From positions 1-38,804 of the forward strand of contig JBKHVI010000024.1 of NCBI GenBank assembly GCA_046570105.1: 38,804 nucleotides of DNA, read 5' to 3'. Positions within the stretch are counted from its first letter, which is position 1. Each line of letters starts with the position of its first letter. The notes beneath the pieces were generated by a model. That model was not told the DNA's origin, did not search any database, and was given only the letters and a program-made list of their open reading frames with translations. The translations under genes and the position numbers were made by a program. This document shows positions 26,061 to 35,396 of this stretch, piece by piece. This DNA comes from Bacteriovoracia bacterium. Lineage in GTDB: Bacteria > Bdellovibrionota > Bacteriovoracia > Bacteriovoracales > Bacteriovoracaceae.

Positions 26061-28517
26061 ATGACAAAGATTCTTGCTATTTTAAGCCTATGGTTGGTGG
26101 TCACTCATTCCTATGCAATGAGTTCGAATGATGCGCTTTTTATAGCGCTTGCTAATTGCGATCTAGCTCAAGCTGAGCATCATTTAAAAAATGGTGCAGA
26201 TTCCAATGCTCTTTGGAGAAATGAACTTGTTGGCGAAACAAGGATGTATTTGACTGAAGGTTCACCCGTATTGGTATTTGCCGTTTATAAACAATGCTTT
26301 GAGCTACCAACAACTTTCGAAAACATTGAAAGAAATGTTATTTCAGCACGAGAACATGGGAAAAAAGCCATTTCGTTACTCATGAAATATGGAGCTAAAG
26401 CGGAACAGCTCTTTACTGATTATGATGGTCAAAAGATACCTGTTTTGCATGCCATTTTTAAGTCAGACATTGCAAGCATGTACGGTAGTGACTACTTCTT
26501 TCATATGGTGAGAGAGGGGGCAGAACCAAAAACAAGAAATGAGTTTGGAAATACTGTGCTGAAGTATGACTCGTTTTATCGTGATGAAGAAGAGCTAAAA
26601 AAGTATCTCTTACTTGGGCTTAGTTTTTTTGACACCGATTACCAGGGCCACTCACATATTGATCGATTGTTTACATTTGGGTTTTCTGATAGTTTTCTTG
26701 ATTGGTTATTCGGCCAATTAATACAAGAGTCTAAGAAACTGACGGACTTTACCTATATTCATAGCGAGTATGCTCACCCACTAAAATCCCATTTTGCGAT
26801 GCTTCTAAATCGGACGTATGAGCCAGAGGCTAAGCCGACTTATGATCAAAGTACTAAGCGTTTTAAGGATCGCGTATTACCATTTTTTAAATCAATTAGA
26901 AATTTTCCTTCTGGCCCACAAAGCCGTCCAATTCTGGCCGAGTGGATAATGCTGGCTTGCCCCACGGTGGAAATGAATGGTTTGATAAGCTTTAATTATA
27001 AACCGGGTGGATATCCATATCATTCTCCAACTCAGGCGAAGTATTTAGAAAAGAATTATCACCTTCTATTAGAATTGATTTCGACTCAGGATTTTGATTT
27101 AACCCAAGCTGATTCCGAAGGAAGAGATATCCTAACATATGCTCTCAATCTCTGCCCTTTTGAGGTAGTCCAAGCGTTAGTTAAAAAAGATGCAGGATTG
27201 ATCAAAAGAGAACATACCAGTGAGCTGCTAAAAAACTATGCGGGACTTAGTAAAAGCATAGGAACCATCGCGTTTTTAAACAATGATCATCGCACACTTG
27301 AATATCTAAAGAGTCTTGGCTTGCAGATAGATCAGATTAATTTTGCATCCTTAGGAGTAACAAATAATCTAATTCTCAAACAATCTGCGGTCAAACCTTG
27401 GCGAGAATTAAATTCTGTTGGTCTTAATATTAAAACTGGGGCTGCGTTTAATCTTAAAACAGTACATGCTGTAAAAAAGTTCACCGACATCAAGCGTACT
27501 GTAATAAATCTAAGTAGCACAACACCTCGAGCGATTCATCGCTTTAACGGAGTGTCCTTGGGTGTCTATGCGGCTGCGACTCCTATTTCTACAATGAGTA
27601 GAGGTCTAAGAGTCTTTCCTAATCACACGGCCATTGAGTATGAAGTAAAAAATGGACTTCTAACTGTTAAATTCAAAGGGGGATTCGAGCATCAATCCCA
27701 AGTTTCCTTAACTGAAGTCTCTTCCTCTGGGAGTGGCGTCCTCATAATTGAGGAAACACGAACTCAGGCGGCAGATCAGTTAGAGTATACGTTCTATGAT
27801 CAGCTCAGCCTTCTTAAGGGAGTTGAGCAAGATATTTCAAAAAACAATGCGCCTCAACTTTATTTGGATACCAAGCTAAGATATCAATCGTTTGGCTCTG
27901 TTCAGGATTGTTCACTCAGCATATGTGAAGCTTTGGTGATTAGAAAACAAGGAGACAGGACTTTCGTTAAAATTGATAGCGAGAAACTCAAGCGCACAGA
28001 TGTAACCATCGCAATGCTTTGGGATTATATCAACTCTTCACCGCGTGAAAAAAGGGATTTTCTCAAAGATTTATTGCAGAGGCCGGTCCCTCAATTTCTC
28101 GCATTTGTACCGGCATTGATGGAAGCCCCGATGAACTCTGATAAAACGGAAGAACTCAAGTTACTTTATGAAGTACTTTTTCAGCAGCAGATAGTAGGTC
28201 GCCTTAATTATGACATCAACTCAATCTCCGAAGTGATGAAGCAATTTGAGCTGTTGAATCCTAAGATCGAATTATTTGTAAGCATCCGTCATGACATTTT
28301 GTCTGGACGTCTTCAGTCGAAGACATATGACTTGCTGAAGCAGGATATTTTTGAACTTAGAGATTTCATTCTTTGGACAAAAACCGTGCGGGCCACGGGC
28401 AAATACGAACAAATTATTAATACGATCAAAAATCAAATTAAAAATGATCTAAATCAAATCGGTTCCACTTTAGGCCTGAGCAACGAAGAGATCGACGAAC
28501 TAAGAAGGCTATTATGA
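26061..28517 (+). CDS. Secreted ankyrin-repeat protein (818 aa), gene 1 of the putative toxin operon
   Basis: Signal peptide ..SYA; ankyrin-like units (LFIAL..CD...AEHHLKNGADSN; LLMKYGA; GAEPKTRNEFGNTVL; ADSEGRDILTYA). Confidence 0.8.
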   Translation: MTKILAILSLWLVVTHSYAMSSNDALFIALANCDLAQAEHHLKNGADSNALWRNELVGETRMYLTEGSPVLVFAVYKQCFELPTTFENIERNVISAREHGKKAISLLMKYGAKAEQLFTDYDGQKIPVLHAIFKSDIASMYGSDYFFHMVREGAEPKTRNEFGNTVLKYDSFYRDEEELKKYLLLGLSFFDTDYQGHSHIDRLFTFGFSDSFLDWLFGQLIQESKKLTDFTYIHSEYAHPLKSHFAMLLNRTYEPEAKPTYDQSTKRFKDRVLPFFKSIRNFPSGPQSRPILAEWIMLACPTVEMNGLISFNYKPGGYPYHSPTQAKYLEKNYHLLLELISTQDFDLTQADSEGRDILTYALNLCPFEVVQALVKKDAGLIKREHTSELLKNYAGLSKSIGTIAFLNNDHRTLEYLKSLGLQIDQINFASLGVTNNLILKQSAVKPWRELNSVGLNIKTGAAFNLKTVHAVKKFTDIKRTVINLSSTTPRAIHRFNGVSLGVYAAATPISTMSRGLRVFPNHTAIEYEVKNGLLTVKFKGGFEHQSQVSLTEVSSSGSGVLIIEETRTQAADQLEYTFYDQLSLLKGVEQDISKNNAPQLYLDTKLRYQSFGSVQDCSLSICEALVIRKQGDRTFVKIDSEKLKRTDVTIAMLWDYINSSPREKRDFLKDLLQRPVPQFLAFVPALMEAPMNSDKTEELKLLYEVLFQQQIVGRLNYDINSISEVMKQFELLNPKIELFVSIRHDILSGRLQSKTYDLLKQDIFELRDFILWTKTVRATGKYEQIINTIKNQIKNDLNQIGSTLGLSNEEIDELRRLL

Positions 28518-29359
28518 AAATCCTATTCTTGCTGGTTTTACTTTCTTCATGTGGAAAGAAAGCGAGTGATTCTACTTCAGGTCTAGTTTCGATTGACTCA
28601 GTGTCTGAAGCCGATGTGGGCCTCATAAATATCAAACTCAGTGAGGAGAGAAAAATCTGCGACCTCAGCAGTCCCAATGCAAGCTTGTTGACCGTTTTGG
28701 AAAAAAACTTATTTTCCTTAAGTGAGAAAGTAGAAAGCTATCGTCTTAATAATGAGCTAGATCGGCTAAGGATAGAAGAAAAACGTGACCACTTAGCTTA
28801 TTTAATGAAGGAGAGATTAATTGACCCCAATGTGTTGGATATAAAAAAGCTCGAAGCTTGGGAAAAGAATGTGCAAGTAATCCTCGAGCGCGACTTCTTT
28901 CAAAGAGATGAAGCAAAATGTTTCGAAAAAATTCGTTCAGAGATGCGTTCGTCTAGATTTCTCGAAGTGCTTCGGCACAGTGTTGGTTTCAGTGTTTTTC
29001 TTAGCAAAGAAATGGGTACGCTAAAAACGGAATTATATGAAGCTTATAGATTTCTTGTCGTTGGCCAGTTGCTTGATCTTAAAAACTTGTTGATTGATAT
29101 TCAAGAAAATCGCCCAGGAAGCAATCACGATCAAAAGATAGCAAGTTTGCTGAGAGAGTTATTGATGCACTCTAAGAAACATGGAGTGATAGTATCACCA
29201 GGACTCGCAACTGCAATAGTCGACATAAATACGACATATCTCAAGGACGCTGCTGATTTTGTCAGCAATATCCAGCCTCGAGGGAGCGTCTATGCTCGCT
29301 TTTCTTTCGTAGAGTCACTAAGAAAAATTAATAAGCTACTAACAGCGGACAGCTTATGA
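28514..29359 (+). CDS. Lipoprotein, alpha-helical, gene 2
   Basis: MKILFLLVLLSSC lipobox; ATGA overlap. Confidence 0.82.
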   Translation: MKILFLLVLLSSCGKKASDSTSGLVSIDSVSEADVGLINIKLSEERKICDLSSPNASLLTVLEKNLFSLSEKVESYRLNNELDRLRIEEKRDHLAYLMKERLIDPNVLDIKKLEAWEKNVQVILERDFFQRDEAKCFEKIRSEMRSSRFLEVLRHSVGFSVFLSKEMGTLKTELYEAYRFLVVGQLLDLKNLLIDIQENRPGSNHDQKIASLLRELLMHSKKHGVIVSPGLATAIVDINTTYLKDAADFVSNIQPRGSVYARFSFVESLRKINKLLTADSL

Positions 29360-31092
29360 TTTTTACTCGAATTATTGCTGCACTCATTTTAACAATAGAT
29401 ATAAGTTTCGCTGTAGAGATCGAATATCAAGGTCGCATTAATATTGCGGAATATCAGGCGAAAACGGTTCGACATTCTTGGTGTATTTTTTCGGACGGAA
29501 ACTCAAGCGTCGATACGTCTGTTTTGTCCCGGCATGCCAGCGGGTCGAATAATTCTCATTACGAAAACTATTCTCACCGTGGGACGTCCTATCTAAAAAG
29601 AAAAGTTGAATGGACGAATACGAAAGATGAAAACTCAATCAACTTACACTTTACAGCAGACAGTGCTCAATTCTCGGCTCATCAAGAATATGACAAGAAA
29701 ACCTGTAGCTATAAAACATGGAAAGGACAAAGTACGTCAGCCGAAACGATTCTCAAGGCAAAGGCAGCCTTTGTTATTCCGAAAAATGTTTGGGCAATTA
29801 AAATTAGCTCTAACCAAGAACATCTACAAGGCCAGCTTGCGATAAACCTAAGCAATAATGAGTATATCATCGATGAAAGTGGCGAAGAAAAACTCTTGGC
29901 AAGGTCATTTCATCAATTCTCCAGTTCTCAAAATGAGAGATACTTTCAGGTAAACCCGTCTTTTGATGGTGGCGAAAATTTTGTTTATTTGGACATGATT
30001 TATAAGTCGCGTACACTCGTGGCACAGGAATTTTTACTAGATTTCAAAGTCGAATTTATCGCAAACGAACAATGCCTAACTGAATTAAAAGGAAGGCATT
30101 TCGCGGATCTACTTACTCAGCAAATTAAGTCCAACGAGCTTGAAAGTACTTTGATTAATTTTGCTTGCATGATGAATACGGACTATGTTCAACACGTATT
30201 GGGTCAATTACACCTTCATGGAACAAACGATTTATTTAGCAAGATTGCTCAAGTTGAGAACTCGGCTATCAAATCGATTCGTGAGTCGAGCAATGCAAAT
30301 GATCGTGAGAAATTAGCCTTGATTCTCAAACTTTCTGAACGTATGCGTTTTTACTACGCTTATGAGATTCTTAAGGAAACGATGGGGATGCTTGTTGAAC
30401 AAGTCGATCATAATGGACAAAGTGTTGATGCATGGATGTACCTTGAATTACTGCGCAGAAGGGGAGTGCTCTATCTTGCCGAGGTGTTGGAGCATCTGTC
30501 CTTGGCAGGAAAGCAGCAACTGGCACAAAATTCTGGCCCAGTTATTACCTTTAGCCATTCAGATCGTCTGAAGCATGAAGTCTTTTTTCAAAGTATTTTG
30601 CCCATGGAGTTTAATAGCTTTAAAAAGGCAAACGAATTAATTTTTAAACCCCTATTTCTGTCGGCAGACTATTTTTATCACTTACAGAGATCTATTGAAC
30701 GTATTAGCACATTGAGTACTTACTTCATTACGACATATGGGACACAGCTCACTCAGAGCATAACGAGAGCAACCTTAGAGAAGATGAATGACGACATCAT
30801 GTCGATAGCTAAAGAATTGAGACTTTATTCTCAAGAAGTGGAAGTTTTTAAAATTACACAATTAACAGATGCACCTCAGGATTGGGTGCAGGCAAGACGA
30901 TTACTCTTGCAGCAAATGGAGCTAGTATTCCAAATGAATCTAGCTAGCCTTTCGACAGAAGTAGGGACGTATTTTAAGCGGCATTTCGAAGATCCCATCT
31001 TCAAAGAAATAAGGATAAAAGGTAAGCGGTATGAAAATGCTGAGCATTTCTTGAAAGATTTTGAGCAACTTATACGGGAGGTTCGTTTATGA
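29356..31092 (+). CDS. Secreted hypothetical protein (578 aa; beta-rich N-terminus, helical C-terminus), gene 3
   Basis: Signal peptide ..ISFA; ATGA overlap. Confidence 0.8.
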   Translation: MIFTRIIAALILTIDISFAVEIEYQGRINIAEYQAKTVRHSWCIFSDGNSSVDTSVLSRHASGSNNSHYENYSHRGTSYLKRKVEWTNTKDENSINLHFTADSAQFSAHQEYDKKTCSYKTWKGQSTSAETILKAKAAFVIPKNVWAIKISSNQEHLQGQLAINLSNNEYIIDESGEEKLLARSFHQFSSSQNERYFQVNPSFDGGENFVYLDMIYKSRTLVAQEFLLDFKVEFIANEQCLTELKGRHFADLLTQQIKSNELESTLINFACMMNTDYVQHVLGQLHLHGTNDLFSKIAQVENSAIKSIRESSNANDREKLALILKLSERMRFYYAYEILKETMGMLVEQVDHNGQSVDAWMYLELLRRRGVLYLAEVLEHLSLAGKQQLAQNSGPVITFSHSDRLKHEVFFQSILPMEFNSFKKANELIFKPLFLSADYFYHLQRSIERISTLSTYFITTYGTQLTQSITRATLEKMNDDIMSIAKELRLYSQEVEVFKITQLTDAPQDWVQARRLLLQQMELVFQMNLASLSTEVGTYFKRHFEDPIFKEIRIKGKRYENAEHFLKDFEQLIREVRL

Positions 31093-32501
31093 AGCCTATC
31101 CTTTTATTTGCTATCATCTTCATTAAACTTACTACGACTTCTTTGGCAAATCCTGCGAATGAGATCAAGAAGTATGCTAAAGAAATTGAAACGACTCAAA
31201 AAGATATAGCCGCCGTGTTGGTGCTTCAGAACTTTTCACGATTTATGATTGATGCTAGTTCTGCTAATAACATCGATCAATCATTGAATTATATTCTTTC
31301 TGCAGATAACACGCAGGGATTGAGCCAGTTATCTGAGTCATTCTTTGATACGATCTATGCAGATTCAACAAACGCAGAAAAAATCAATGATATCTCTAAA
31401 ATTCTCATTCAAGTTCGAGCCGCCCGGCATAGTTGGTTTGCCTTAGGGGCAAAAACGAAAAGGATATATGAGGATTTTTATTCAAATGTCGCCAATATTT
31501 CTGATGTATGTAGTGATGAGAGCTTTTTAAAGTCCATGGCAGTAGTTGAAAGTTTCACGCCGGCCGGTGTTAATACAGGGAGTTTAAGGTTGGCATGGGA
31601 TCTTCAGGTGGGTGGCAGTACGAGTTTCAGCGAAGGGGGAGGCATTAGTTTTGGTGGTTATGCAAACTTAGACAGAAACGATGATCGTTCTAATTCTGTA
31701 AACGCTCGTCGAGCTGCGGCAACGACCGCTGGCGCACTCGCTTTGCAGTTTACACCACCTCCTTACAATATCGCTGCAGCCATTTTGCTTCCTATCGCCA
31801 TTGAAGTCGTCTGGGGTGTCGTCGACATGAAGAAGAATATGAATGAAATGAAGCAAATTGCTGAGGCCAATGGCGAGCTATATGCGACAATGAGATTCGA
31901 GGTAAATGTTAAGAAGCATTATAAACAGCTTTGTTCTCAGTTTCAGCAGGCCTACTCAGAAATTCAGCCAGTAATCAAACAGGCCTTTGATTCAAAAAAT
32001 TATCAGTTAATCTATGATTTAAAAAAAGATCTTCCGGTCTTTAAAGAAGAAGACAGTGCTAGAATCGTAGAGGAATTCTATGAGTTTAGTCGTTCGAAAT
32101 TAGTTCAGGATGCCGCAGTGATCGCTGAAGCGGATCAGGCATATGCCGCTAATTGGACTATCGTAAATAAGAGGATCGACGATTTTATCCTAAATATAGA
32201 TTTAGCGCTGACTCAAATTATTGCTGCCCAATATACTGATTTGGATTCAAGTCGAGGGCAACATTTTGCTGAGATTCTTGCTCGGGTTGATTCATTGTCT
32301 TCTTTCAAGAAGGGTTTTACAGACGGACTATTGAAGTACTTTGATTTCGTCGAAGTCGATGAAAGAGAGGATCAATTGCAAGAATTGAAATGGATGATAG
32401 AGCATTATGAATTAGCCCATCCGGCTTTGAATCAAGAAGAGATTCAAGTATTAATCACATACATTGATGTTATTGCCAAGCTTGGTGCACATCATGAATA
32501 A
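31089..32501 (+). CDS. Secreted coiled-coil protein with central hydrophobic hairpin (alpha-pore-forming-toxin-like), gene 4
   Basis: Signal peptide ..SLA; AAATTAGALALQFTPPPYNIAAAILLPIAIEVVWGVV flanked by amphipathic helices; ATGA overlap. Confidence 0.75.
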   Translation: MKPILLFAIIFIKLTTTSLANPANEIKKYAKEIETTQKDIAAVLVLQNFSRFMIDASSANNIDQSLNYILSADNTQGLSQLSESFFDTIYADSTNAEKINDISKILIQVRAARHSWFALGAKTKRIYEDFYSNVANISDVCSDESFLKSMAVVESFTPAGVNTGSLRLAWDLQVGGSTSFSEGGGISFGGYANLDRNDDRSNSVNARRAAATTAGALALQFTPPPYNIAAAILLPIAIEVVWGVVDMKKNMNEMKQIAEANGELYATMRFEVNVKKHYKQLCSQFQQAYSEIQPVIKQAFDSKNYQLIYDLKKDLPVFKEEDSARIVEEFYEFSRSKLVQDAAVIAEADQAYAANWTIVNKRIDDFILNIDLALTQIIAAQYTDLDSSRGQHFAEILARVDSLSSFKKGFTDGLLKYFDFVEVDEREDQLQELKWMIEHYELAHPALNQEEIQVLITYIDVIAKLGAHHE

Positions 32502-34014
32502 ACTGTGGATTCTTCTACTATCCCTGTCATGGAGTTTCTTGGCCCATTCTCAGATTTCGTTGAGCTTTCAATTAAATATTGGGGAACAAAGAGGAACAAT
32601 AAGTCTAGCTGAAGATGGCAGTGTAAGACTTGATGGGCATAATTTTGATCACACGTTAATGCAATCGATCCATAATTCAGTTCAAGGGCTGAGGGTTCAT
32701 CAGAGTTCTGTCTACCAAGCTCAGCGAATAATAACTGAAAGAATTTTATCCCAAGTGAATTCTCGTGTTGAAGTAAAATTTGACTATCGGGCCTCACAGG
32801 CTAATCCCTTTATCCGCAAACAAAGTGAAGAAAATAGAGTCTTTCAGCGCAACCTCTCTACTAACATTTTTCGGCCTTCTTTTGAATCTGAGCTTCTCAA
32901 ATCTCAAGTATCGTTTGATGTATCAGTACCTAAAGAGCGGGAGGCCCTCCAGCTTTATCGCAAGGCGAATCAGGCCGCTTATGCTCAGCTAGGAGCCAAC
33001 GATGAGTATCGACAAGCTGTGTTTGCCAAACAGTCGATTGAGATTGGACAAGCGTATAGAGCAAAACTCGATGAGCAAGATACTGATGCCTTAGTAAGCC
33101 TTGCCTCAGGTGTATTAGAAAATAATATGACAACCGTGATTGAATCCATGAAATGGCTCAATCGCAGTCTTGATTTTCAAAAAGGCTTTGCTGTTTCAAT
33201 TGCTAATAATTTTAATCCCGCAAGTTTTTTATATCCTCTTGATGCTCACTGCTCCACGAGCTGGTGTGAGGCCGGCGAACTAGTAGGGAACGCGACTTCA
33301 GTTCTAATTGGCGCATTCGAATTTATGAAGGGTGTTGCTCTTTCTTCCGGAGGAGGAGCTTTAACATTGGCAGCTGTTAGCGCAACGGGCGTTAGCGGAG
33401 GCTTTAGCACGCTTGCTTTACCTGCGACTGCCGGAGCCACTTTGGCAGGTATTGCAATGGCAGGGCACGGCCTTGGTGTTGCTGGTAATGCTTTTAATAA
33501 TCTATTCCGCGAAGCCGAGACTCCTCACAACATTAAGCAAGCTGACGAATCAGAGGGGTTTATAAAAGAAACTGGCCTCACTAACGATAAGAAGCAAGAG
33601 CTGGCGAAAAATTCAAGTTATGAGGTGGCCAAAGATTTTTATCGAACACTTAAAGATACTGGCATTGAGTCACAAAATAAAAAGGACTTGCTAAGATCTT
33701 TTGATTTAAAAACCATCAAGACGCGCGTGCTTGATGAAGATATAATTGTTCATAGATGGCATAATAATGATGTCGGCTCTCCATCTCACGGAAGATTTGT
33801 TAGCATTGATAAAATTCAAAACAGGGAAGAAGCTCGGCGAATTTTAGCTCTGCCAGAAAGTAACCAAATGATTTATCTGGATAGTTTCATTCTTAAGAAA
33901 GGTACAAAGGTATATGAGGGAGTCGTTTCTCCATTGAATAATCACGCGGGAGGCGGAAGACAAATATTTATTATCGGTGATGTCTTAGAACAGCTAGTAA
34001 GGATATCTCAATGA
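32494..34014 (+). CDS. Secreted polymorphic toxin with Gly-rich TM region and C-terminal TNT/Tse6-like (NADase/ART-fold) domain, gene 5
   Basis: Signal peptide MNKLWILLLSLSWSFLAHS (8-bp overlap start); GGG..ATGV..P..G..HG hydrophobic segment; C-terminus SF..L.ED..VHR...GRFVS...RRILALP..N...KGTKVYEG.VSP....GGGRQIFI. Confidence 0.72.
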   Translation: MNKLWILLLSLSWSFLAHSQISLSFQLNIGEQRGTISLAEDGSVRLDGHNFDHTLMQSIHNSVQGLRVHQSSVYQAQRIITERILSQVNSRVEVKFDYRASQANPFIRKQSEENRVFQRNLSTNIFRPSFESELLKSQVSFDVSVPKEREALQLYRKANQAAYAQLGANDEYRQAVFAKQSIEIGQAYRAKLDEQDTDALVSLASGVLENNMTTVIESMKWLNRSLDFQKGFAVSIANNFNPASFLYPLDAHCSTSWCEAGELVGNATSVLIGAFEFMKGVALSSGGGALTLAAVSATGVSGGFSTLALPATAGATLAGIAMAGHGLGVAGNAFNNLFREAETPHNIKQADESEGFIKETGLTNDKKQELAKNSSYEVAKDFYRTLKDTGIESQNKKDLLRSFDLKTIKTRVLDEDIIVHRWHNNDVGSPSHGRFVSIDKIQNREEARRILALPESNQMIYLDSFILKKGTKVYEGVVSPLNNHAGGGRQIFIIGDVLEQLVRISQ

Positions 34015-34271
34015 CTATAGATGAAGTAATCGCAAAATTGCATGAAATGAATATCTCATCGGCTGATTATGATGGAAAAAGTGCGGATGTAAAGAATCAG
34101 GTTAGAATGTTCGTTGCTGCTTGCGTTAAAGAATTTGAAATGATTAAGACAGGTAATAAATTTTCGAATAACTTAATGAAATCAATGATTGATTCTCTAA
34201 ATTGGAATTCAGAACTTTTTTCTCTAATTGTGAGTTTTAAAAAAGAGCATCCAGAGCATTTTGAGTCGTGA
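34011..34271 (+). CDS. Small cytoplasmic protein, candidate immunity protein (86 aa), gene 6
   Basis: ATGA-coupled directly after the toxin domain; no signal peptide; last gene before the terminator. Confidence 0.62.
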   Translation: MTIDEVIAKLHEMNISSADYDGKSADVKNQVRMFVAACVKEFEMIKTGNKFSNNLMKSMIDSLNWNSELFSLIVSFKKEHPEHFES

Positions 34272-34276
34272 AATAA

Positions 34277-34300
34277 AAAAGGCTCCTTTCGGAGCCTTTT
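34277..34300. terminator. Bidirectional intrinsic terminator
   Basis: AAAAGGCTCC-TTTC-GGAGCCTTTT between convergent genes. Confidence 0.88.
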
Positions 34301-34323
34301 CTTAAATCAAAAAGTATTGATTA

Positions 34324-35217
34324 TTAGTTAGCTACTGGCTTCAACCAGCAAAGTGGGCGGATACCTGAGGTGTGACCTGTTGAAAGGTTACAAGTTCCGG
34401 CCTTCTCGTCTGTGTCACTGACGTTGTCGTTTTCAGAAACTTCACAGAGTGCGCCTTGGAAGTAGGTGTCCAAGCGGCACTGGTAAGCAGGGTGGTTGTG
34501 ATCTGTTGAAGAGACAACACGTGGATCTGGAGTATCGAACTTTGGCTCAACAGTGGCGTTGCGAAGAGCTTGGAAGAGTTTTGATACTGACATTCCTGCC
34601 ATACCGCCACGGATACAGATATTTTGGTCATCTGTGCTGGTGTAAGCAGTAGAACATGAAGTTCTAAGAGTCTCTGGAATATCCATTGAAGCAATGACTG
34701 CAGCGTTGTCTTCAGAGATGAAGACTTTGCGCAAACACTTCAAAGTCGCGAAGTAATCAGATTGGCCTTCATTTGAAGCCCAAGTGATTCCACCCCACCA
34801 GCCGCCGCCTTTCTTAGGAGCGCCGCCAATGTGGTGACCGATTTCGTGACAAACAACAAGAGCGAAACCGTCTTCAGTAATAGTAGCGTGACGTGCAAGA
34901 CCGCCGAACATAGCAACGTTCCAGGTGTTACCAGAGCGTGAAGCATATGCATTCACAGTTCCGTCTTCCCAGTTGCGCTGAACATTCAATGTGGCGCCCA
35001 TGCTTGAGATAATTGGAGCGTAGACAGCAGAAACCTTGTCGATCACTTCATTGAACTTCTCTTCCGAGATACCAGTCTTTAGGCCTTTGATGTTCGCTGG
35101 GATGAACATATCGTTTTCTGGTGCAATTCCTTCTGTACCATCTTCAGTACAGGCGTAGCCATTCGTAGCTACAGAAAGTGCGAGTACCATCGCGAACATT
35201 TTTGCTGTAAGTTTCAT
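34324..35217 (-). CDS. Secreted Cys-rich zinc metallopeptidase (M48-like), paralog of 19900-20556
   Basis: Signal peptide; VNAYAS, CHEIGHHIGG, EGQSDY, QCRLDTY, RPLCW; GGAGGA SD. Confidence 0.88.
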   Translation of the reverse strand: MKLTAKMFAMVLALSVATNGYACTEDGTEGIAPENDMFIPANIKGLKTGISEEKFNEVIDKVSAVYAPIISSMGATLNVQRNWEDGTVNAYASRSGNTWNVAMFGGLARHATITEDGFALVVCHEIGHHIGGAPKKGGGWWGGITWASNEGQSDYFATLKCLRKVFISEDNAAVIASMDIPETLRTSCSTAYTSTDDQNICIRGGMAGMSVSKLFQALRNATVEPKFDTPDPRVVSSTDHNHPAYQCRLDTYFQGALCEVSENDNVSDTDEKAGTCNLSTGHTSGIRPLCWLKPVAN

Positions 35218-35396
35218 TCGTCAATCCTCCATGACCGTAAAAGCCTATTTCCTGTCAGGCTTTTGTTAAGTGAGGATGATTTTTTCGTGAGAGTGAATCC
35301 TCTGCCAATTAAAAAACTAAGTCTCAGTCACCTTGTAAGTTTTTGTTTGTCCCAAATGAAAATTCTCTCACAATGTAATGTTAGGAAATGTTAGCC

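Noticed and set aside
25254..34300. Prophage, ICE or anti-phage defence island
   Set aside because: No phage, integrase, nuclease or ATPase signatures; nearly all products have signal peptides.
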